Source: an uncultured Gemmatimonadales bacterium (GTDB lineage Bacteria; Gemmatimonadota; Gemmatimonadetes; Gemmatimonadales; GWC2-71-9). Taken from it: a DNA stretch of 64,000 bases. Shown piece after piece: positions 1-8,991 of this stretch. The first letter of the stretch is position 1. Each line of letters starts with the position of its first letter. The translations under genes and the position numbers were made by a program. Under the pieces are notes generated by a model that was not told where the DNA came from, searched no databases, and saw nothing but the letters and a program-made list of their open reading frames with translations. The stretch lies in contig CAVVKJ010000010.1 of assembly GCA_963748815.1 (NCBI GenBank), forward strand, positions 864,001 through 928,000, written 5' to 3'.

Positions 1-799
1 GCACCGTGTCCGCCCCCTTGATGGCTTCCACGATGGCGAGCAGGGTGTCGGCCCCCTCGGCGCTCCTCCGGCGGCAGCGGGGACAGCCGGGCGCCTGTTC
101 CACGCCAAGCAGCGGACCCGGGTCGGCGCCGAATGCCGCGCCCCGAATCACACCGACATAGCGATCGGCGCGCACCGAGCGCGCCAGGCTCGCGGTGTCG
201 CGATCGAAGGCGCGCACACCCCACGAGACGTCGTCGTACCCGACCGAGTTGGCCAGCGGCACGAGGGTGCCGTTGGGCAGCACCAGTCGGACCTCCGCGC
301 CTTCGGCGGCGCGGACCGAGAGCGGCAGGTATTCGTCCGCCGGCCACCAGACCTTGCCGCGCGGCTTGAACGACAGCGTGTCGATCCAGAGCGTCGTCGT
401 CTGGGGAATCGCCCGCGGCGCGCGCCGCACCTTGTAAACCAGCGAGTCGCGGGAGCCGTCGGGCCGGGTGGCCCTGAGCACGAACGACATCACGCTGTCC
501 TTGGGGAACGGCACCCAGGCCAGGTACGCGCCGTTGGGCCACACCTTGACCGAGTCGCCGTTGATCGTCAGCCGGGCGTCACCGGTGCCGGTGCTGCCGA
601 GCAGGAACGAGTAGTCGCCTGAGGTCGAGACGATGTCAGCCTTGGCGGGGTAGACGACCGTCAGCGCCAGGGGGCCCGTCGATTTCGGAATGGCGGGGAG
701 CCGGCCCCGGTTGGGGTCGGATTGCCGGGACTGCTGGGCGCCCAGCGGACCGGCCAGACCAAGCGCCAGGATGAGCAGGGAGAGGGAGCGGAGATGCAT
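1..799 (-). CDS. Secreted protein, probably the N-terminal part of an N-acetylmuramoyl-L-alanine amidase (3' end lies outside the window)
   Basis: My own translation from ATG 799: MHLRSLSLLILALGLAGPLGAQQ (signal peptide)...GPLALTVVYP...FLLGSTGTGDARLTINGDSVKVWPNGAYLAWVP. Open to the window edge, so absent from the ORF track. Catalytic domain not visible. Confidence 0.5.
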   Translation of the reverse strand, partial: MHLRSLSLLILALGLAGPLGAQQSRQSDPNRGRLPAIPKSTGPLALTVVYPAKADIVSTSGDYSFLLGSTGTGDARLTINGDSVKVWPNGAYLAWVPFPKDSVMSFVLRATRPDGSRDSLVYKVRRAPRAIPQTTTLWIDTLSFKPRGKVWWPADEYLPLSVRAAEGAEVRLVLPNGTLVPLANSVGYDDVSWGVRAFDRDTASLARSVRADRYVGVIRGAAFGADPGPLLGVEQAPGCPRCRRRSAEGADTLLAIVEAIKGADTV

Positions 800-871
800 C
801 GGCGGAAGGTACTTCCAGAACACGACTTGCGACAAGCGGACCGGGTCGGGGCCACCGGGCCATCCAAACGA

Positions 872-900
872 TTGACGCCCCTCCGGAGGCGGCCTAGATT
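872..900 (+). promoter_or_regulatory. Sigma70-like promoter
   Basis: TTGACG-17 bp-TAGATT upstream of the PP2C gene. Confidence 0.6.
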
Positions 901-985
901 CCGCCTCCCCCCACCCTCTTCGGCCCGGAGCCCTCGTGGCGCGCATGTTCACCCCTTGTTCCACCGCACGGACCCGCCGAATCCG

Positions 986-2047
986 GTGACGATTCCTCCC
1001 GTCCATGTGTCGGTCGCCGGTCGGACCGACGTCGGCCGCACTCGCGATCACAACGAGGACACCTACCTCGTCGCCGACCTCAGCACGGGGCAGCTCTGCG
1101 ACGCAACCGAGGCGCAGGTCTGCCACGTGGGGCCGCGCGGCTCCCTGTTCATGGTGGCGGACGGGATGGGCGGCGCAGCGGCCGGGGAACTCGCGAGCGC
1201 GCTGGCCGCCGAGACGATCCACCTGCACCTGATGAAGTCGTGGGCCGCGGACGCCGAGACGAGCCGGGAAAAATTCGCCTTCCGGGTCCGGGAAGCGGTC
1301 GAGGAGGCCAACCGCCGCATTCACGAGTACGCCCTCGAGCATCCCGACGTGAAGGGGATGGGGACCACGGTGACGGCGGCCGGCGTGTATGGTACCGACC
1401 TCTACCTGGCCCAGATCGGCGACAGCCGCGCCTACATGATCCGCCGCGGCGTGGCGACCCAGCTCACCAAGGACCAGTCCCTCACGCAGCGCCTGGTCGA
1501 CGCCGGCGAGATGACCGAGGAGCAGGCCGAGAAGAGCGAGCGGAAGAACATCATCCTGCAGGCGCTCGGCCCCGACCCGCAGGTGCGGGTGGACCTCACC
1601 TACGAGGAACTGCGCCGCGGCGACGTGCTCATCCTCTGCTCCGACGGGCTCAGCGGCCAGGTGCGGCGGGAGGAGTTTGCGGAGCACGCCGGCCGCATCA
1701 CCGACCTCGCGCTCCTCTGCAGCACCCTCATCGACCTCGCCAACACGCGGGGCGGCCCCGACAACATCACGGTGGTGGCGGCGCGCTTCGAGGGAGACGG
1801 GCTGCCGCTCAGCACGACCGCGCAGGAACCGGGGCACCACGTCTTCGCGTTGCCGGGCGACGAGCCGATCGAGGACGACATCCGCGTCGGCTTCAAGACC
1901 GGGGGCATCCGGATCGAGCGGCCGCTCGCGTTGCCGGCGCGTGAGGAAACGCCCCCGCCGCCGCTGCGTCCCCGGCCGCCGGTCGGCCTCATCAGCGCCG
2001 CGTTGCTCGTCGGCGCCGCCCTGCTCTACTGGCTGATCACCCGATGA
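986..2047 (+). CDS. PP2C/PPM-family Ser/Thr protein phosphatase with C-terminal membrane anchor
   Basis: Motifs TDVGRTRDHNED, VADGMGG, GMGTT, IGDSRAY, LCSDGL, GGPDNIT and a hydrophobic C-terminus. GTG 986 preferred over 722. Confidence 0.92.
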   Translation: MTIPPVHVSVAGRTDVGRTRDHNEDTYLVADLSTGQLCDATEAQVCHVGPRGSLFMVADGMGGAAAGELASALAAETIHLHLMKSWAADAETSREKFAFRVREAVEEANRRIHEYALEHPDVKGMGTTVTAAGVYGTDLYLAQIGDSRAYMIRRGVATQLTKDQSLTQRLVDAGEMTEEQAEKSERKNIILQALGPDPQVRVDLTYEELRRGDVLILCSDGLSGQVRREEFAEHAGRITDLALLCSTLIDLANTRGGPDNITVVAARFEGDGLPLSTTAQEPGHHVFALPGDEPIEDDIRVGFKTGGIRIERPLALPAREETPPPPLRPRPPVGLISAALLVGAALLYWLITR

Positions 2048-3456
2048 CTCCGCGCCTCGCCATCCTCTCGGGCGGCCGCGCCGGCACCGTGGCGTCGATC
2101 CCCGGCACCGTCGCCAGCATCGGACGCCACCCGACCTGCCAGATTCGCCTCGACGCCGACCGCGACACCGCGGTCTCCAACCGGCACGCCGTCATCCAGC
2201 GGAAGGACGGCGTGTGGGTCGTCCGGGACCTCGGCAGCCTCCAGGGGACCTACCTCCACGGCCAGCGCATTTCCGAGGAGCAGCCGCTGAACGACGGCGA
2301 CCTGCTCCGCCTCGGCGCCGACGGCCCCGAGCTCCAGTTCCTGCTGTCGGATCGTGCGCAGGTGGCGGAGCCGAGCCGTGAGCGGGTGACGGCCCAGCCC
2401 GCCAAGCCGGCGCTGAGCACGGAGGAGCTGGAGCGGATCCTCGAGGAGGAACAGGCGGGCCAGCTGGCCCGCGACGCGGCGGCCGCGGCGCGGAAGCAAC
2501 GGCTGGTCCGGATCGTCGCCGGCGTCGTCGCCCTCGTGGCGATTGTCGTGCTCGCCCTGTTCCTCTGGCGGCGCCAGGCGGCCAAGCGCGCGGAGGAGGA
2601 GGCGCGCCTCCTGATGCTGGCCCAGGCCGACAGCATGATGGCAAGCGTCGCGGCGGTCGAGGTGGCCTCACCGTTCATGCGGACCTCGCTCGACTCGGCG
2701 CGGCAGGCCGCCAGCCGGCACCGCGCCTCGCTCGTGGAAGCCGGGCCGAACGCCCTCGCCAGCCACGCCATCATGGCGGCGCTCGACTCCGCCATCACCC
2801 GCGAGCGCGACATCGCCGCGACGGCGGAGTTCAATCCGGACGCGACGGCGGCGCCCAGCGTCGCGGCGGTGGGGCTGGTCATCGCGCTCTACGCCGACGG
2901 CAGCACCTCGCTGGCCACCGGCTTCGCCATCCGGCGGGACGGCACCGGCGGCGTGCTGCTGACCACCCGCCAGGTGGTGCGCAACGCCGATGACGAGTCA
3001 CCGGTCCAGCTCTTCGTGGTCATGCCGGGCGCCGCCCAGCCGATTGCCGCCAGGGTGCTCGCCGTCCACACGGTCGAGGACATTGCCCTGTTGCGTGTGC
3101 AGCAGCGCGGCGGCCTGCCGGTGGTCCAGGGACTCGCCTGGCGCACCCCGGCGGTGGCGGCCGGCAAGCCGGTGTCGATTGTGGGGTACCCGCCGCCGAT
3201 CGACCTCCCACCGAATAATGACTGGCGGAAGACCCCCATCGCGCCGGTCAGCGCCACGGGCACGGCGGCACGGGTGTCGGCGGGGTTCATCACCGTGGAT
3301 GCGTGGGGGTCCGTGGCGGCCGCCGGGAGCCCGATCATCGACGGCGAGGGGCTGGTGGCGGGGATGATCTCGACCGCGGCGCCCTCGGCCGGCGGCCGGC
3401 TCTACGATGCGGTGCCGGTGGAGTTTGCGCTGGAGTTGTTGGACCAATTGCAATAA
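2044..3456 (+). CDS. FHA domain - TM helix - trypsin/HtrA-like domain protein (catalytic His and Ser absent)
   Basis: FHA motifs IGRHP, VSNRHA, DLGSLQGT. TM segment IVAGVVALVAIVVLALFLW. Trypsin-like LTTRQVV, EDIALLRV, AAAGSPIID. Confidence 0.8.
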   Translation: MTPRLAILSGGRAGTVASIPGTVASIGRHPTCQIRLDADRDTAVSNRHAVIQRKDGVWVVRDLGSLQGTYLHGQRISEEQPLNDGDLLRLGADGPELQFLLSDRAQVAEPSRERVTAQPAKPALSTEELERILEEEQAGQLARDAAAAARKQRLVRIVAGVVALVAIVVLALFLWRRQAAKRAEEEARLLMLAQADSMMASVAAVEVASPFMRTSLDSARQAASRHRASLVEAGPNALASHAIMAALDSAITRERDIAATAEFNPDATAAPSVAAVGLVIALYADGSTSLATGFAIRRDGTGGVLLTTRQVVRNADDESPVQLFVVMPGAAQPIAARVLAVHTVEDIALLRVQQRGGLPVVQGLAWRTPAVAAGKPVSIVGYPPPIDLPPNNDWRKTPIAPVSATGTAARVSAGFITVDAWGSVAAAGSPIIDGEGLVAGMISTAAPSAGGRLYDAVPVEFALELLDQLQ

Positions 3457-3457
3457 G

Positions 3458-3489
3458 GCGGGGAAGCGGGGAAGCGGGGAAGCGGGGCA
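3458..3489. repeat. 8-bp tandem repeat (GCGGGGAA)x4
   Basis: Read directly; last unit is GCGGGGCA. Confidence 0.9.
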
Positions 3490-3490
3490 G

Positions 3491-3658
3491 GAATATCAAT
3501 CGGCCGTCACCCCGGCGAAAGCCGGGGTCCAGTGAATATCAATCGGCTGTCACCCCGGCGAAAGCCGGGGTCCAGTGAATATCAATCGGCTGTCACCCCG
3601 GCGAAAGCCGGGGTCCAGTGTCTGGCCCCAGCTGGATCCCCGCTTTCGCGGGGATGAC
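3491..3658. repeat. REP-like palindrome cluster: three 43-bp tandem units plus one inverted partner
   Basis: GAATATCAATCGGCYGTCACCCCGGCGAAAGCCGGGGTCCAGT at 3491, 3534 and 3577, then TGGATCCCCGCTTTCGCGGGGATGAC. Confidence 0.9.
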
Positions 3659-3678
3659 AGTCCTCAGTCCTCAGTCCT
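3658..3678. repeat. 7-bp tandem repeat (CAGTCCT)x3
   Basis: Read directly. Confidence 0.8.
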
Positions 3679-3680
3679 TC

Positions 3681-5318
3681 TCAGGTAGCGAGCAGGACCC
3701 AGCCAATCAGCAGCGTTCCTCCCAAAATCGCGACCGACCACGCCAGCCATTTCCGCGCATCGCGCACGCCGTCGTCGAGGGCGGTGAGGTTCGTCCGCAG
3801 GCGCACCGGGCCCCATGCGCCGGCGGGGCGGACCCGGGCGTAGAAGGCGTCGAGCGTCGCCGTCGATTCCGGCGACGTCAGGAACATCACCGGCACCCAG
3901 ACCGCCATGGAACCGAACGCCGAAAGCATCAGCCGCTGGCCGAAGGTGAAGGAGGCGAAGGCGCTGGTTGAGCCGAGGATGGCCAGGAGCAACCCGGCCG
4001 CCATCGCGGCGATTTCCGCCCAGGCGTTGATCCGCCACCAGAACCACCGCAGGAGCAGCACCAGGCCGGGGCCGGTGCCGATCAGGATGATGAACCGGAA
4101 GACGCCGCCCACACTGTCCATGAAGAACGACACCACCGCCGCGAGCGCCGCGAGGAGTACCGACGCCCACCGCGCGGCCCGCATCAGCCGCGCCTCGTCC
4201 TGCTGGCCGCTGAACCGCGCATAGAGGTCGTTGACCACGTAGCTCGCGCCCCAGTTTACCTGGGTGGACACGGTGGACATGAACGCCGCGAGGAGGCTCG
4301 CGAAGACCAACCCCAGCACGCCGGTCGGGAGGTAGCGCACCATCATGATCGGATACGCCAGCTCCGGATCGGCCAGCTGCGGCAGCACCACCAGCGCGGC
4401 GAGCCCCACCAGCACCCACGGCCAGGTCCGGACCACGTAGTTGAGGATGTTGAAGAGGTGCGCCGCCTTGGTCGCCTCCTTCTCGTTGGCGGTGGAGGAG
4501 AGCCGCTGCACGAACATTCCCCCGCCGTCGCTGTTCCGGAACGCCCACCACTGGACGAAGATGTACCCGAGGAAGGTGCTGATCGGGAGCGTCGCGTCCT
4601 CGCCGGTGGGGAGGAGCTTCAGCTTGTCGCCCTGGCCGCTCTCCCGCAGCGCCGCGGTCAGCCCGGAGAGGCCGCCGACCTCGCCAAGGGCGTAGAACAT
4701 CACCGCAAACGCGCCGGCCATCGCGAGGATGTACTGGACGAAGTCGGTCGCCACCACCCCCCAGAGGCCGGAGGCCGCGGTATAAATCACGACGATGACG
4801 AGAATCGGGAGGATGGCCCAGAGCCGTTCGTCTCCGGGAAGATTCGGGAGCGCATCGAAGACGCCGAGCGCGACGATCATCTTCCGCATCGCCAGCATGC
4901 CATAGCCGATACTGAGGCAATTGAACGGGACGGCAATCAAGAAGGCGCGGAAGGCGCGGAGCCCGGCGGCGGGGCGGCCACCGTACCGGATTTCCGTCAG
5001 CTCCACGTCGGTCAGCACCTTGGCCCGGCGCCAGAGCTTGGCCAGCACCACCGCCACCAGCACGTGGCTCAGCGCAAAGGCCCACCACTCCCAGTTGCCG
5101 GCCACGCCGTCCTTGGCCACGCGGCCCGCCACGTAGAGCGGGGTGTCCACGTTGAAGGTGGTGGCGGCCATCGACGTGGCGGCCAGCCACCAGGGAATGG
5201 CCCGGCCGCCGACGAAGAACTCCGTCAGGCTCCTCGCGCCGCGCCGCGCCACCCAGAGCCCCAGCACCAGCGTCCCGGCCAGGTACGCGACCACCACCCC
5301 CCAGTCGAGCGCTCTCAA
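3681..5318 (-). CDS. Sodium:solute symporter (SSS family)
   Basis: EFFVGGRAIPWW, GLWGVVATDFVQ, LLAAFMSTVSTQVN; many TM segments. Confidence 0.9.
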   Translation of the reverse strand: MRALDWGVVVAYLAGTLVLGLWVARRGARSLTEFFVGGRAIPWWLAATSMAATTFNVDTPLYVAGRVAKDGVAGNWEWWAFALSHVLVAVVLAKLWRRAKVLTDVELTEIRYGGRPAAGLRAFRAFLIAVPFNCLSIGYGMLAMRKMIVALGVFDALPNLPGDERLWAILPILVIVVIYTAASGLWGVVATDFVQYILAMAGAFAVMFYALGEVGGLSGLTAALRESGQGDKLKLLPTGEDATLPISTFLGYIFVQWWAFRNSDGGGMFVQRLSSTANEKEATKAAHLFNILNYVVRTWPWVLVGLAALVVLPQLADPELAYPIMMVRYLPTGVLGLVFASLLAAFMSTVSTQVNWGASYVVNDLYARFSGQQDEARLMRAARWASVLLAALAAVVSFFMDSVGGVFRFIILIGTGPGLVLLLRWFWWRINAWAEIAAMAAGLLLAILGSTSAFASFTFGQRLMLSAFGSMAVWVPVMFLTSPESTATLDAFYARVRPAGAWGPVRLRTNLTALDDGVRDARKWLAWSVAILGGTLLIGWVLLAT

Positions 5319-6853
5319 CCGAGGCGCCTCGCCAGCCAGCGGGCCACCGCCTCCTGCATCAGCCGCTGGCGGTGCCAGGCCACCAGCACCGGGGCGTCAC
5401 CCGGCACTTCCGCCGCCAGTCGCGGGTGGCCGAAGACAATCACCGCATCGGCATCGGCATGCTGCCTGAGCGCCGCCAGCGATTGCGGGCCGAAGCCCGC
5501 GCGCCCCTTCGACGCCCTCGGCTCCGCAAATGCGAGCACCACCCTGCTCCCGCCCCGGTCCACCGCCACGCCCGCCCCCCGCAACGCCATCTCGACGTAC
5601 TCGGTCGAGGAGGCCGGCCACGCCCCGCCGAGGTCGTCGTCCACGATGACGAGTTCGATGGGCATCCGGAGAGAGGAGATGGATCCGCGTACCGCTCCAC
5701 GTGCCAGCAATCGATCGGCGATCGCGGTGGACTGCCCCCCTGCCACCTCATCCCCCAACCCCCTCTCCACCATGTGGAGAGGGGGAGGACCATCCGGGCG
5801 TTCCCCCTCTCCAGTTGCTGGAGAGGGGGACAGGGGGTGAGGTGATATGGACGAGGGGGACAGGGGGTGAGGCGAAATCGGAGCGCGGATTGGGAGGTGA
5901 GGCAAGGAAGCGAGTGCCGCTCCATACCGCCCGAGGGCGTCGTCGATCCGTGCCGCGGACAGGCTGCCGCTCTGCACCGCCTCCCTGATCGCCTCGTAGG
6001 CGGCCTGCGGGTCCGCCGGATAGCAGAGGAGGTCGCAGCCCGCGGCCAGCGCCCGCACCGATGGATTGCTGGCGGCCTCCTGCACGGCGGCCCCCATCAT
6101 CAGCGCATCGGTCACGATCAGCCCCTGGAATCCGAGTTCTGCACGGAGAAACCGGAGGATCGGTTCGGAAAAGGTGGCGGGGGTGCCGCTCGGGTCGAGC
6201 GCCGGCACCCGCAGGTGCCCCGTCATGACCGTGGCGACGCCGGCGAGGACGCCCATGCGGAAGGGAACGAGGTCCGTGGCTTCCAGGCGCTCCCGGTCGG
6301 CCTCGACGGTGGGCACTTCGTCGTGGCTGTCGCGCGTGGTGCGGCCATGTCCCGGAAAGTGCTTGATGGTGGCGAGGGCGCCCGCCTCCTGACAGGCCTG
6401 GACCCAGAGCGCCACGGCCACCCCAACCGACTTCGGGTCGCTTCCGAAGGAGCGCGTCTGAACGATCGGATTGGCGGGTTCGATGTCGAGGTCGGCGTCG
6501 GGCGCCATGACCCAGTTGATGCCCAGGTCCAGCGCCTCGCGGGCGGTGGTGGACGCGGCCAGGCGAATGACGTCGGGATCGTCGAGGGAGGCGAGCGCCG
6601 CCGGCGGGGGAAATTCCGTGAGGCCGGGGAACTGCTGCCCCGCCCCGCGCTCCAGGTCCGCCGCGATGAGCAGCGGCCGGCCCGCGCGCGCGCGCAGGTC
6701 GGTCGTCAGCGCCCGCACGGCATCGGGGCGTCCACCGAAGATGATGAATCCACCCGCCCCGAACGCCAGCGCCGAGGCGATGGTGTCGGCCTCGTGGTCG
6801 AACCCGGAGTCATCCCGCCAGCGGAGCGCGGGGAGGATCAGGCGGCCGTGCAT
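5315..6853 (-). CDS. nagZ: GH3 beta-N-acetylhexosaminidase (NagZ-like)
   Basis: ADLERGAG, QTRSFG, KHFPGHGRTTRDSH, IVTDALMMGA. Start MHGRLILPALRW overlaps the anmK stop. Confidence 0.85.
   Translation of the reverse strand: MHGRLILPALRWRDDSGFDHEADTIASALAFGAGGFIIFGGRPDAVRALTTDLRARAGRPLLIAADLERGAGQQFPGLTEFPPPAALASLDDPDVIRLAASTTAREALDLGINWVMAPDADLDIEPANPIVQTRSFGSDPKSVGVAVALWVQACQEAGALATIKHFPGHGRTTRDSHDEVPTVEADRERLEATDLVPFRMGVLAGVATVMTGHLRVPALDPSGTPATFSEPILRFLRAELGFQGLIVTDALMMGAAVQEAASNPSVRALAAGCDLLCYPADPQAAYEAIREAVQSGSLSAARIDDALGRYGAALASLPHLPIRAPISPHPLSPSSISPHPLSPSPATGEGERPDGPPPLHMVERGLGDEVAGGQSTAIADRLLARGAVRGSISSLRMPIELVIVDDDLGGAWPASSTEYVEMALRGAGVAVDRGGSRVVLAFAEPRASKGRAGFGPQSLAALRQHADADAVIVFGHPRLAAEVPGDAPVLVAWHRQRLMQEAVARWLARRLG
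5746..5872. repeat. Double-hairpin palindromic element inside the nagZ ORF
   Basis: CCCCCTCTCCAC-CAT-GTGGAGAGGGGG and CCCCCTCTCCAG-TTG-CTGGAGAGGGGG within CCTCATCCCC...GGGGGTGAGG arms; the right arm is duplicated. Confidence 0.8.
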
Positions 6854-7956
6854 CAGGGAGGGGTGATCGAGCCGAGCACCCGCGCCCCGCGGGCGCCGGT
6901 GGCGGCGGGGAGGTTGCCGGGCTGGCCGTGCAGCGTGAGGTAGCCGAGCAGCGCGAAGGCGACCGCCTCCTTGGCGTCGCCGTCGAAGAAGATCGAGTCG
7001 AATCGCAGGACGGCCACCGGAGCCAGCAACTCCGTGAGCGCCCGCATCAGGCCGGGGTGATGCACCCCACCGCCGGAGACCACGACCTCCCGGGCGCCCG
7101 GGGCCCATCGCGTGATGGCGCCCACCACGCTCCGCGCCGTGAGGGCGACCGCGGTGGCCACACCGTCGGGTCCTGGGAGCCGCGCATGCAGCGCGCCGGC
7201 GTAGGCGTCGCCAAAGAGCTCGCGCCCGGTGCTCTTGGGAGGTGCGCCAGCGAAGTAGGGATTGGCGAGCAGGTCGACGAGCACCGCCTCGTGCACCCGG
7301 CCGACGGCCGACAGCTTCCCGTCGAGATCGCAGGTGAGCGAGGCGTCGACGCGGTGCGCCATCGCGTCGATGATCGCCATCCCCGGGCCGGTGTCGAAGG
7401 CGATTGCACCCACCTCGCTTCCCCCCTTCGGCACCAGCGTGATGTTCGCCATCCCGCCGAGGTTGAGGAGTACCCGGTCCCGCTCCGCATCGGCAAAGAG
7501 CAGGACGTCCGCCATCGGCACCAGCGGCGCCCCCTGCCCTCCCGCCGCCACGTCCCGCGCCCGGAACCCGCTCACCACCCGTACCCCGAACATCTCGGCG
7601 ACCACCGCCGGCTCCCCCAGCTGCCAGCTCACGATCGGCGGTTCGTGCCAGATGGTCTGCCCGGGGAAGGCGATTCCGTCGATTTCGTCGGCCCGCTTCC
7701 CGCCCGCGTGCAGCACGGCCTGGACCGCCTCCGCGGCCCACTCGGCAATCCGCACATGCAGGCGGGCCAGCGCAGGGGCCGCGGCGCGGCCCTCCAGCGC
7801 CGCCCGCATCTCCGAACGCTCCTCCGTGTCGTAGGGGCGCGTGGCGAACGCCAGCAGCTCGGCGTGGGTCGGCCCGGTAAACCGCACCAGCGCCGCGTCC
7901 ATGCCATCGAGCGAGGTGCCCGACATCAAGCCGACAATCAGCGACGGGCGTTCCAT
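6853..7956 (-). CDS. anmK: Anhydro-N-acetylmuramic acid kinase
   Basis: GLMSGTSLDGMD, DVAAGGQGAPLVP, LNLGGMAN, FDTGPG, PPKSTGRE, KEAVAFA. Confidence 0.95.
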   Translation of the reverse strand: MERPSLIVGLMSGTSLDGMDAALVRFTGPTHAELLAFATRPYDTEERSEMRAALEGRAAAPALARLHVRIAEWAAEAVQAVLHAGGKRADEIDGIAFPGQTIWHEPPIVSWQLGEPAVVAEMFGVRVVSGFRARDVAAGGQGAPLVPMADVLLFADAERDRVLLNLGGMANITLVPKGGSEVGAIAFDTGPGMAIIDAMAHRVDASLTCDLDGKLSAVGRVHEAVLVDLLANPYFAGAPPKSTGRELFGDAYAGALHARLPGPDGVATAVALTARSVVGAITRWAPGAREVVVSGGGVHHPGLMRALTELLAPVAVLRFDSIFFDGDAKEAVAFALLGYLTLHGQPGNLPAATGARGARVLGSITPP

Positions 7957-8870
7957 CAGGCGGGATCCACCGGTGGAGGGTTTCCCAAGATCGGCCGGAG
8001 CCGCCCCTGCGACGCCGCGATTCGGGCCTCGGCGGCGGGGCGATCCGTGCCGGTGCGGACCATCACGATGGCGGTGCGGACACTCCCGCCCGCGGCCTCG
8101 AGCGCCGCGCGCGCTGCGCTCCGGTCGACACCGGTCACCTCCATGACGATCCGCTCGCCGCGGTCGGCCAGCTTCTGGTTCCGCACCTGGAGGTCCACCA
8201 TCAGGTTGCCGTAAGTCTTGCCGAGCCGGATCATGGCGCCGGTGGTGAGGAGGTTGAGCACCAGCTTGGTGGCGGTGCCCGATTTCATCCGCGTGGAGCC
8301 CGTCACCACTTCCGGCCCGACCGGCACGGTGATGCACACATCGCACTGCTCCAGCATTTCCGGCGGTGGCGCGGTGCAGCTGAGGAAGGCGGTGCGGGCG
8401 CCCAGCTCCCGGGCACGGTCCAGGGCCGCGCGCACGAACGGCGTGGTGCCGCTGGCGGCGATGCCGACCACGACGTCGTGCGGGCCGACCTCGCGCTCGT
8501 CGATCGCGCCCGCGGCCGCTGCCAGGTCGTCCTCCGCCCCCTCGACCGACCGCACCAGCGCCTCCGCACCGCCGGCGATGATTCCCTGCACCATCTCCGG
8601 CGGCGACCCGAAGGTGGGGGGACATTCGGAGGCGTCCAGCACACCGAGCCGGCCGCTGGTGCCGGCGCCCACGTAGAAGAGCCGCCCTCCGGCGCGGAAG
8701 GCGGCTTCGATCAGGTCGATGGTCCGGGCAATCGGTTCGCGCGCGGCCGCGACCGCGGCCGGCACGGTGGCGTCCTCCGTCGACACCAGGTCCACGATCT
8801 GGAGGCTGCTCAGCGTGTCGATGTCGGCTGTCCGCGGGTTTCTCCGCTCGGTGAGCCTGGGGTCACGCAC
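7956..8870 (-). CDS. murQ: N-acetylmuramic acid 6-phosphate etherase
   Basis: TERRNP, GAGTSGRLGVLDASECPPTF, GSTRMKSGTATK, GKTYGNLMVD. Confidence 0.97.
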   Translation of the reverse strand: MRDPRLTERRNPRTADIDTLSSLQIVDLVSTEDATVPAAVAAAREPIARTIDLIEAAFRAGGRLFYVGAGTSGRLGVLDASECPPTFGSPPEMVQGIIAGGAEALVRSVEGAEDDLAAAAGAIDEREVGPHDVVVGIAASGTTPFVRAALDRARELGARTAFLSCTAPPPEMLEQCDVCITVPVGPEVVTGSTRMKSGTATKLVLNLLTTGAMIRLGKTYGNLMVDLQVRNQKLADRGERIVMEVTGVDRSAARAALEAAGGSVRTAIVMVRTGTDRPAAEARIAASQGRLRPILGNPPPVDPA

Positions 8871-8991
8871 GGGGGCACCTGGGCCGGGGAAAGGGGAGGC
8901 GGGCTTGCGACGCGAGAGATATCGCTAAATTAGGGCATCAAATCGTCCGGGGGCAACCTCCACCCCCGCTCCCCTCCCAACGAGGATTTCC

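Noticed and set aside
722..985. Long N-terminal extensions in the ORF track (PP2C, nagZ, anmK, priA, map, rplF, rplC, rpsG, rpsL, M28, M8 protease)
   Set aside because: They overlap neighbouring genes or promoters; downstream starts match the family N-termini
3491..3619. 43-bp repeats as a CRISPR array
   Set aside because: The units are contiguous with identical linkers (no unique spacers) and no cas genes are present
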